Origin: Zygophlyctis sp. KS116
Lineage: Eukaryota > Fungi > Chytridiomycota
Length of the DNA: 32,000 nucleotides
Direction of reading: 5' to 3'
NCBI GenBank assembly: GCA_054661495.1
Contig: BAAFSQ010000081.1
Span: 1 to 32,000, forward strand
The translations under genes and the position numbers were made by a program. The stretch's first letter is position 1, and the number at the start of each line of letters is the position of its first letter. Below are positions 10,901 through 19,801 of this stretch, in pieces. A model generated the notes under the pieces. It was not told the origin of the DNA and ran no database searches. It saw only the letters and a list, made by a program, of their open reading frames with translations.

Positions 10901-13527
10901 GAATACTTCAATAATTTCCTTGGAGAAAAAATCCACTCTATCTATTCTTTGCTCTGGAGCTTATGGAACGATAACATGTGAGCCAAAAAATATCGATTTT
11001 GGAGTGATTTTGGTAAATACGGTCTGTGAAAAGGAGATAATTCTGTACAATTCTAGCGAATGTGACTTGAATTACACTCTGGGAATACTTGAGCAGCAGG
11101 AAGAAGGCGTATTTTCAAAGATCGAATCTAATTCAAAAAGTTTTATTCCTCCAAATCTAAGCGTTTGCTCAAGCATTCCCTTGGAATGCCTTTCAGCGTC
11201 CCAATATATATCAGAGATTTTGCCAGCGCGATCAAAACAAGTTTTGAAACTCCGGGCTCAACCAAAGGAGAATCGAATTTATAACTTTAGACTGTTTTAT
11301 TCTCTTGTGGCAAAAAATAGTGATTCAAATGATGAATCTCCTCTTAATTTAATATGTGATGTTTTGGCTAAAGGAGTTCAGCCCTTGGTACAAATTATGG
11401 ATGTAAAATCAGAAGGCTGGAGTAAATCTATTTTATGGAGACTACTTTCCTTAGACTTATTAAATTCTTCATTAAGATCCATCAGTACTGATCCAATGGC
11501 ATATGCTGAATTCTCTATTGACAAGCCGATGCAGACTAATATAGGAGATGGTTTTAAGAAGGATTTCAAAGAGATAATATCATTTGATTTTGGAGCTGCC
11601 CAAGTCGGATACCACCCAACAAGTATTAGCCTGGTTTTGAAAAATGATGGACAAGTGCCTGTCGATTGGGGATTCTATTTTCCTAATGATTTACAAGTTG
11701 ATTTGGAAGAATGGGCTGATTCAGGTGAATATACAGAAGATCAGCTTCACGAAAATTTAATCATTGATAACAATTTATTTCAAATAACTCCAAAAAGTGG
11801 GCATTTAGAACCTGGGGAATCAAATCATATTTTGCTCTCGCACACCCACGAGTTTGCCGGCTTTCATAAATTACCTGTACTTTTTAAGCTCAAAAATGGG
11901 TATTCTCGCTCCGGCAAAGAATTACTCATTAATTTTTTTGGCCATTCTGTAATTAAATCAAAACAGTTCCTGCAAATACCAATATCTCAATATTCATTTG
12001 AACCTATTGAGGTAGGGGATACGCACCCGCCGGTGCAGATGTATCGTATGATAAACAAAAGCAGCACACCGTTAAAATATGAAGTGGGCGCTAAGGTGCT
12101 TGAAACTCTTAAATTAAGCAACTCTGGTTTTGAAATTTTACACTGTGCCAATATGAAAGGCGTAATTCCAGCTAATGGTATTGGATTCCTAGAATGGATC
12201 TTTCGGCCACTTTCGAATGCCTCCCATAACATCGAAGTCCCTATATCTATAAAAAATGGGCAAACAAGAGTCATATCTTTTTCTGCGTCAGGTTATTCAG
12301 ATGACTTAGAAGTAGCGAAACAGAAGAAAGACCCAAAATTATATCCCGATTCTGTACCAATACTTCCAATGCTTGATTTTGTGCGTGAGACTGCAGTACT
12401 TTCTCTCGAACGTCTTAATTTTGGGCATTCTCCTTTGGGTGCCTCTTTGAGACGAATTGTAGTGGTTCAAAATACATCTAATGATTCTGAAATTGTTTTC
12501 AGATGGAGAATCCCGGAATTCTGGGAATCAAAAGGTATGGTTTTAATTTTAAATTGACGATAGTTATTAGAGTTTCTCCGACAACAGGAATTTTGAAGGC
12601 GAATGAATCAAAAGTTTGTAAAGTAACATTCTGTCCCAAATTTATACCGAAAATATATGATCTCGATTTATATTGTGAAATCACCGATAAGAACTGCATG
12701 GTAATTTTCTAAATTTTATATTAGGACGAATATTTGGGGAAAAAAGAAATTGAAGAGAAAACTCGGAAGGAGATTTTGGACATGGAGGGTGGAGTCATCT
12801 CATGTGATGCATTAAATTCTTCCAATAACCTGATTTCTAACTCAGAATTAAACAAGTATAAAGCTCTTCCGCCAATAGGGGAAAGCAGTTTGCAAGTTAA
12901 CGATATAAATAGATCAAAGTCTGAAGAATGTAAATATGATTATTTTTTAATTGTAGCCATACCGGAAGAAGTCGCTCCTCCCACTTCTTACGACCTGATT
13001 CTTACAATCAAAACGAGAACTTATAATTTTGATGATTTCAGAGACAGATTTCACGGATATGAAGCCTTTCATTTTGAAAAACCCACAATTAGATATACTC
13101 CTGTTGACGAAGTTTATGATGATACAGTAAGTTAAAATTACATTCCTTATAATAGATCATGATTGATTCCGTCAAAGATGTTATGTTTTCCATTCTTGAT
13201 AATCTATTCTTGGATCCAGACATTAGAAACATTGTGAATGAGCCTTCGTATTTCCCATTTTACGCTCAAATCGTTTCTAACGGTAGAAATGGAATTTTCT
13301 CTGAAACAGAGCAAAATAAAACAAAGTCCGGACTAGTCAAATGGAATCCTTTCAACGATACCGCTGTAGACATTAATCACAAATACAAAAAAATTGACAT
13401 TCTCAATACATCAGAGTTTCAAAACCTGGCAGAATCTATTTTGGAAGCAACAATCTACAATTTGATGCAAGAAGCAAACGCTGAAGAATTCGACATAACA
13501 AAATACCCAATGCTTTTCCAAATATAA
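7970..13527 (+). CDS. CFAP65: Cilia- and flagella-associated protein 65 (tandem ASH/MSP-like Ig domains)
   Basis: N-terminal FGID...WEPGGENVKQLIVKNV...QKIKYKLP and FKSMRSFRLVNDDTFTPPWCL, with repeated DFG...N.G...F ASH motifs. Fifteen introns: 8161-8187, 8366-8389, 8672-8697, 8908-8936, 9045-9071, 9178-9205, 9478-9500, 9709-9736, 9960-9986, 10534-10560, 10708-10733, 12535-12563, 12701-12724, 12930-12956 (putative, stop-free), 13127-13155. Start at 7970 or 7991 (better AAA context). Confidence 0.88.
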
Positions 13528-14343
13528 CTATTTATTTTTAAATTTGCTCTCCCATTCATTTTTAACCTTCTTAAATATTAACATTGCAACCTTAGCATCT
13601 TCAACTGAACAGTGTTTTCCACTTTGAATTTCTAATCCTAACAACTCTTTTGCCAGTGTTTTAAGAGCAGGGTGTTTGCCTTTGGCATATTTCTTAAAAG
13701 GTAAATATTTTGAAGTATCTCTTGTCATATTAGCAGGGTGTTTCAGCATTAAAACTTTTAAGTCATTTTTTAAAGCATGGCCCACCAGAATTCTATCTTT
13801 TAAAAGATTTGCAATTTTCAATTGTACATCTTCAAAATTCGATGCATTCTTTAGATGATGAGGGTAAACTCCAGAGACCCAACTTCTATAATCAGTAATT
13901 CTTTCTTTAGCCTTGACGTATTCATCTAGCACTGTGCTTCCGTGGAAATTGACTATTGATACTCTGGCCAACACAGAGATAGAGCCATCTAATCCAGTTC
14001 CAACCATTTCACAATCTATTCCTAAATATTTTCCGATTTTTTGTGTATTCTTTGGTGCATAGCTCGTTATGACTGAAGGTGTATGCATTATCTGATCTAA
14101 AATTTGCATTTGTTCCAATGACTCTTTCTGAATAGATGAATCTTTTTGAATAGATGAATCTTTTTGAATGGATGACTCTTTTTGAATGAATGCCTGTTTC
14201 TGATCGCATATCTTTTTTTCCGGATGCTTTTGAACCAATGGCATTTCTATGCTTTTTACTGTTCTTTTCTTTTTGGGCTTCACTACAGATTTGCTTTTTT
14301 TAATTCCAAGGATTGAGTCAACAATGTCATCTACTTTCTGCAT
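13528..14343 (-). CDS. REX4: RNA exonuclease 4 (DEDDh)
   Basis: GIDCEMVG, LARVSIVN, ILVGHALKNDL, RDTS, HCSVEDA. Start at ATG 14343, or ATG 14454 via a 33-nt intron at 14408-14440. Confidence 0.92.
   Translation of the reverse strand: MQKVDDIVDSILGIKKSKSVVKPKKKRTVKSIEMPLVQKHPEKKICDQKQAFIQKESSIQKDSSIQKDSSIQKESLEQMQILDQIMHTPSVITSYAPKNTQKIGKYLGIDCEMVGTGLDGSISVLARVSIVNFHGSTVLDEYVKAKERITDYRSWVSGVYPHHLKNASNFEDVQLKIANLLKDRILVGHALKNDLKVLMLKHPANMTRDTSKYLPFKKYAKGKHPALKTLAKELLGLEIQSGKHCSVEDAKVAMLIFKKVKNEWESKFKNK
14118..14189 (-). repeat. 4 x 18-nt coding tandem repeat (IQK[E/D]SS) in the REX4 N-terminal region
   Basis: Plus-strand units atgactctttctgaatag / atgaatctttttgaatag / atgaatctttttgaatgg / atgactctttttgaatga. 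Confidence 0.9.
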
Positions 14344-14493
14344 TATTTTTTTTGTGAAAATTTTCAAAGACGCATTAGGTCCAAAACTTAAATTATGCGC
14401 TACTGATCTAAAACATTAGAAAATCAGATTACAAATATACCTTGTTATTTCCATTATATAAACACACTACCTTGCATTCAAATACATCAAGGT

Positions 14494-15487
14494 CTATGTT
14501 GAATAAAACAGCAAATAACTTGATCCCTTTGAATCATTTAAAAACAATTGTAAATCTTGTTGAATACTCTAGTATTTATAAATATATGAAATTACTGTAA
14601 CTGTATCATCATCAACCAAAAACCATTCATCATCCTTTTTAACAATACTTACATAATGTCCATGATGAGGTCCACTTCCTACATGTATAATTACAGATAC
14701 TAAGCTATAAGGCCTATTCCCAAGATTTAGTAAAAGTGGATACGGAACTGAATCTAAAATCTTTACAAATTTTTGTACTTTAGCAGAGTACTTAAATCTC
14801 TTTAAATGAATTACTAGAATTGGAGGAAAATTATTAACTACAATTCAAGAAATTAGATTATAGTATATACCTTTTTCTAGCTTCCTGATACGATCCTCCA
14901 CAATCTCCTTCACAAAAAAACTTATTTTTCCCATCCAATAATTCATATTTTTCAAATTCCTTTAAACAGTTTACTAGTCCATCTTCTTTAATTTCTAAAG
15001 ACAAATCTATAAATTCCTCATCTCTAGATGTAATATTTTCACAAGTCAAACATGTAGTACTTGTAGTTGTTGAACCTGTAAACAATTTCTGAGCCCAAGA
15101 ATTTACTTTTTGAGCCTTTAAATTTCCAGAGTCCTGATGAGAGTCTATAGTAGTAGATATAGATGATAAATCTTGAATGATATAGTTTAGAGTGAAATTA
15201 AACATTTCCTGTGCATCCTGATGGCTCATATTCCTAAAATTTGAAAATTCCTTTTTTAGATTGTATACAAAGTCTTCCGGTGCAACATAAGATTTCCTTG
15301 CAGCTTTAATTTTTAGAAACAATTGTTTTAGTGAAATCGTTAGAGATTTTGGTGAATTTTCCAATAATAAATTGTCTCTAAACAGCGACAAATGAAATAG
15401 ACATTGCAAGACTGAATTTATATAACAAGTATTCCCAAAATTCTCTAGACCGACCACAGGTACTGGTTTATTTAGCCATTTGAACAT
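14494..15487 (-). CDS. Ubiquitin-specific protease, USP12/46 (Ubp9/13, CreB)-like
   Basis: Cys box GLENFGNTCYINSVLQ, HQDAQE, IHLKRF, His box HVGSGPHHGHY, DDD, terminal YLLFY. Introns 14846-14870 (apparent GT-TG) and 14569-14595. Confidence 0.88.
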
Positions 15488-15688
15488 TTTTAAGTTTTGT
15501 CCTTGAAAATTATTTAAAATCGGACAATTTACAATTATTTTCTTGTTAAAATCAGACAAATCGTCTTTTGAACAAATGAATAACATTCTTCTCCATGGCG
15601 CATGGCCCCTATGCTATGATAGTATATACTGGAACCAACAGATCTGAAACTGATTCGAGTCTGTCCGATAACCTCAACCTATTGTATC

Positions 15689-15998
15689 ATGTTTGATCTA
15701 TACGTTTATTCAGGACTCTTGGCAATCGGTGGTGCGATTGGATATTTAAAGGCAGGGTCTACTGTGTCACTAGGAATGGGATTAATATCCTCAGGACTGG
15801 TTTATGTCGGTATAATTTTCAAGAAAAAGGGAAATTCGGTGCCTTTAGCGGTAGAAGGATTTAGAGTAATAATATTAGATTATATCAGGGCTTTTGCTAT
15901 TGATCATGGGTAACAAGTTTATTAAGTCGGGAAAATGGATGCCTGCAGGTATTGTTACAATTTATTCTGGTTATGTACTTATAAAGTCATTGATCTGA
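15689..15998 (+). CDS. TMEM14: TMEM14/FAX-family small membrane protein
   Basis: YSGLLAIGGAIGYLKAGSTVSL. Intron 15851-15878 (28 nt) gives the C-terminal IMGNKFIKSGKWMPAG family motif. Confidence 0.88.
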
Positions 15999-16050
15999 AA
16001 AATCATGGAGAGGCTAAGAGTGGCGTATTGTTTATTGAATAAATATCAAA

Positions 16051-18129
16051 ATGGAATTGTCTGAGAAGAAGCTCAAAAAGATGTATGAGAAGAATTTAAA
16101 GATTCTGAATGAACTAGCAAAGCAAAAGAGTAATAAGACTTGCGCAGATTGTTCGGCTGCAAATCCAAAGTGGGCATCTTCGAATTTAGGAGTTTTCTTG
16201 TGCATAAAGTGTGCTGGATTTCATAGGAAACTGGGATCATCAATCGTTAAATCAATTACTTTAGATAATTGGACTAAAGAAGAAATGGAAATTATGATTG
16301 ATGGAGGAAATGAAATAGTTAATTCAATCTATTTGAATGGGTCGAATAAGCCATTAGAAGCAGACTTTGATTATATAAAGGACAAATATGAACGTAAAAT
16401 GTTTGCTAAACAAGCTCAATCGTTTGATAAACATCAAAAATCTGACAAGGAAACATTATCAATTTTGGAAAATATGGGATTTACAAAGAAATCTATAAAC
16501 TTGAAAGCTTTGGAATTGGCGGGTGGTGATGTACAGACAGCCATCGAATTGCTATTATCAGGAGCAGTCGGAGATGTTTCAAGTCCAAAGAAACCAAACA
16601 AGGAAATTTCAATTGATACAGCTGATGATAAAATTCAAGAGTTGAGTTTGCCCAAGTTACCAAACAAAAAGGATATATCACAAACGGATTCAATGGGTGA
16701 TTCTAGTGAGTCTCTTCAAACAAGAGATTTTAAAATTCCAGATTTGAGAATGAGGGAAAATTCAGATATAAAGCAAGATAGTAGTCTGGGTGATAAAGGC
16801 AATATGTTTGATACCATTAAAGATGAAAAGATTAAACAGGCTCTGGAGAATGCTATTGAACAGCTGGCTTCTTTTGGTTTTAGCGATGCGTCAGACTCAA
16901 GGGCTGCTTTGAGACAAGCTAGAGGAGATGTCGAGAAGGCTTTGGGTATTTTATTAAAATGGAAAGATGAGCGTGCAAAAAGAGAAGATGTCTACAAATC
17001 GCAAAGACAGACGGAAGAATCAAAGACAGACAAGCCAAACTTTCTTGGTAGCATGGATAATATGGCCCCACCCCAAGTCATGGGTAATGGTTTCAAGACT
17101 CAGCCCCATCAATTTCAGAATCAGCCCCATCAGTTTCCGACTGAAAGTATCTACAAATCTGCACTGCAGTATGAAGTGTCTGGATATATATCACAAGACC
17201 CTGTTGCTTTTAAATACGCTCAAACTCAACCAATATCAGTGCAGACATCATTTCAAGAACCTCAGTCTACGAATAAATTTATCCAGCCGTCGATGTTACA
17301 TCAAGCTATACAGAACCCACAAACAATCCAGAATGCTCCTCCACCTACCATGTATCAGCCGCAAAACACAATCGATATTTTTTCAGATCAGTTTAATTCA
17401 CAGCCAATTCTACCCACCAATGGCTGGCCTGAAAGTTCAAAAAACAATCCTTTTGCTTCTAAGCCGCTTCTACCAGCAGTTACAGCTCAGAATACGTCTT
17501 ATAATTTTGTTGAAATCTCAAATTCCAATATCCCTAAAGACAGCAATAATCTAAAGCAGAAATTAGGCTTTTCAAACGATCTAGCAGATATTTATTTTGG
17601 GCTTGACTCTGCTCCAGCAGTACCTGTGAACAAAGCTCCCACTTTTAATGGCCAGATATTCCCAGTAGACGATAAACAAAATATGCCAGCTCAAAATGTA
17701 GCCGGACAGTCAAAGCCCTCAAAAGACATAATAATGAGTCTATACAACAACAATGCAGCAAATAACACTCATATCCAAAACAATCCTTTTGCGTTCAATC
17801 AGCAACAATCTATGCCACTTAAACCTCAGCATCGCCTCTCATTGGTAAAAACCATTAACCCGAATCCATTCGTATTAATGAATGGACTACCGAATGCTAC
17901 TGATGTTTTGAACTATTCATCACATGCTGGTATTTCTAAAAACGTAAGTTATCAGATTCCCAACGGCAGTACCCAAACGAATCCTTCGGGTAGGAATTAT
18001 CAGTTGGATAATTACTCCGCATCTGCTCTTGGGGTCTCAGAAATCTTTGCTGCTCCTCCGGCTCTACCCTCTGATAAAGAACGGGCAAATGCTTCACTTT
18101 TCTCTGATTTACCAAATTTTAAAAGATAG
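16051..18129 (+). CDS. ArfGAP with two UBA-like domains and NPF motifs (Gts1/Ucp3-like endocytic adaptor)
   Basis: CADC-x16-CIKC-x4-R; UBA-like LENMGF...GGDVQTAIELL and LASFGF...GDVEKALGIL; three NPF motifs in a Q/N/P-rich tail. Intronless. Confidence 0.85.
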   Translation: MELSEKKLKKMYEKNLKILNELAKQKSNKTCADCSAANPKWASSNLGVFLCIKCAGFHRKLGSSIVKSITLDNWTKEEMEIMIDGGNEIVNSIYLNGSNKPLEADFDYIKDKYERKMFAKQAQSFDKHQKSDKETLSILENMGFTKKSINLKALELAGGDVQTAIELLLSGAVGDVSSPKKPNKEISIDTADDKIQELSLPKLPNKKDISQTDSMGDSSESLQTRDFKIPDLRMRENSDIKQDSSLGDKGNMFDTIKDEKIKQALENAIEQLASFGFSDASDSRAALRQARGDVEKALGILLKWKDERAKREDVYKSQRQTEESKTDKPNFLGSMDNMAPPQVMGNGFKTQPHQFQNQPHQFPTESIYKSALQYEVSGYISQDPVAFKYAQTQPISVQTSFQEPQSTNKFIQPSMLHQAIQNPQTIQNAPPPTMYQPQNTIDIFSDQFNSQPILPTNGWPESSKNNPFASKPLLPAVTAQNTSYNFVEISNSNIPKDSNNLKQKLGFSNDLADIYFGLDSAPAVPVNKAPTFNGQIFPVDDKQNMPAQNVAGQSKPSKDIIMSLYNNNAANNTHIQNNPFAFNQQQSMPLKPQHRLSLVKTINPNPFVLMNGLPNATDVLNYSSHAGISKNVSYQIPNGSTQTNPSGRNYQLDNYSASALGVSEIFAAPPALPSDKERANASLFSDLPNFKR

Positions 18130-18706
18130 CTCAATAGACAAGATTTCTTACTGATATTTGCTCTCTGATTCTAATGATTTTAAAGTCAATTATAGCTTTT
18201 ATTGATTATCTCGTATAGCTGCCGTCCGTATTCCCAACTGAGCAACGCCGCAATTTTCCAGTTTCCCATCAGTCAATGCTAAATCACCATGCTCCATAAG
18301 TTGAAGAAAATTGAGACCTTGCTTTGAAAATATCCCCCTTACTTTTGAAACTTGCGAATCAGATATGCCTCTTTCAGTCTTCGATTTTTCGTAAAATCCA
18401 TCCATGGTACTTGCTTTCTTTGGAAATTCATCAAACGCAACCATGGCATAAAATAAGCAATCATTTCGCAGGTCACTTAATTCTTGAACAATTATGTACA
18501 ACTGTCATCCTTTGAGTAAAGATGTCTAATTGGTTGTATTTTAAGACGATCTGAGCCTTTCAGAGCCACAAAGAATAGACTATTTCAAAGTTATTGTTCA
18601 TGATCATATAAGCAAACGCCATTATCAATCCGAATCGAAAAGAGTTCTTCGGGTCGGACTTATCAGTTGGATAAATATCCGCATCTGCTCTTGGGATTTC
18701 AGATAT
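17984..18706 (+). repeat. Direct repeat pair of ~60 bp: 17984-18044 (ArfGAP 3' coding) and 18647-18706 (degenerate copy)
   Basis: Manual alignment gives 54/61 identical positions with one 1-nt gap. Confidence 0.9.
18199..18560 (-). pseudogene. Probable degenerate small gene with a C-terminal SAM-like domain
   Basis: MDGFYEK...VRGIFSKQGLNFLQLMEHGDLALTDGKLENCGVAQLGIRTA resembles a SAM fold (L..LT...L...G....G.R). Track start is TTG, the final helix looks truncated and upstream coding-like sequence is out of frame. Confidence 0.5.
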
Positions 18707-18712
18707 ATTCCC

Positions 18713-19629
18713 ATGAATTATAATAATATCTGCGATACTTCGTTTATTCATCCACAGTCACCACCAGTTCCTGCGCAACATCCAAGTCTAGACATTCATA
18801 TAGAGACGCATGATCCGCGTAGAAGAACAACAAGTGGATCTTCTTCTCTTGCAAAGGCGCCAGATAGGCTTTTGTCTGGAAATATTGGTGGGATGGCTGG
18901 AGTTCCAAACCATAATGGAAAACAATTAAGCGGATTCGATCAGACAAAAGTATTGGCGCCGAGAGCGAGAGCTAAATTGGATTTGGACAAAAAAGTAATG
19001 TTGAGCGATTATTCTATCAGCTCAATTGTATTAAACAAAAATATTTCATCATCAGAACCGATACAACATTCTAGTCTGGGAATCCAAAGACAGATTAATC
19101 ACGCAAAGAATACAGAATTCAATCCAATCAGCGAAATAAGTAAATATATGGTCAGATGTCAAGAAGGCCTGAAAAATATACATAGCAAGGTCACAGCAAA
19201 GGTATATATTATTAATTGTAAATGAAAGAGTTTGAACTGTAAAAGGACAGGCGCTGATCAGTATTTTAATTTGAATCGAATTGATGGCGAGGAGAAGCAA
19301 TTTGATCTTCCAAAATCTCAAATACCTGTAAATAAATTAAGGACAATACCTAGAGCTAAAAAATCTACCAGTCAATCTTGGTTGGAGGCGTTGGAGTGTA
19401 AGCCTGATATTCAATCTTTGTAAACTAGTTTTATTGGGGTTTAACATTTAGTAGCTCAAAGCCTTTAGAAGTTGATACGATTTCCCTTCCATTTCCTCAA
19501 ATTCTGGACAATCCTTTTATTCCTGGAATCGGAAATCCTTGTATATCAATATCCTCTTTTCAAGTCAACTTTGAGGACTCTTATAGATGGACTTTGTATG
19601 AAAATATTGTAACTCCCGATGATATTTGA
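18713..19629 (+). CDS. Hypothetical protein, largely low-complexity
   Basis: Three exons joined by introns 19202-19228 (27 nt) and 19420-19451 (32 nt), ending ...YRWTLYENIVTPDDI. No recognised domain. Confidence 0.65.
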
Positions 19630-19801
19630 ATTAGTGATAAAAATACATATTATATTCTAATTAAGATTGACTTTGATCTATGGGTGGGGTATATATTATC
19701 CACTACTATTTTTTCATACAAGTTGAATACCACGAACTGACATCGGATCTAAATATACAAGGATGAATTGAATTTCCAATAAACTGATGATTTTTTCAGT
19801 T

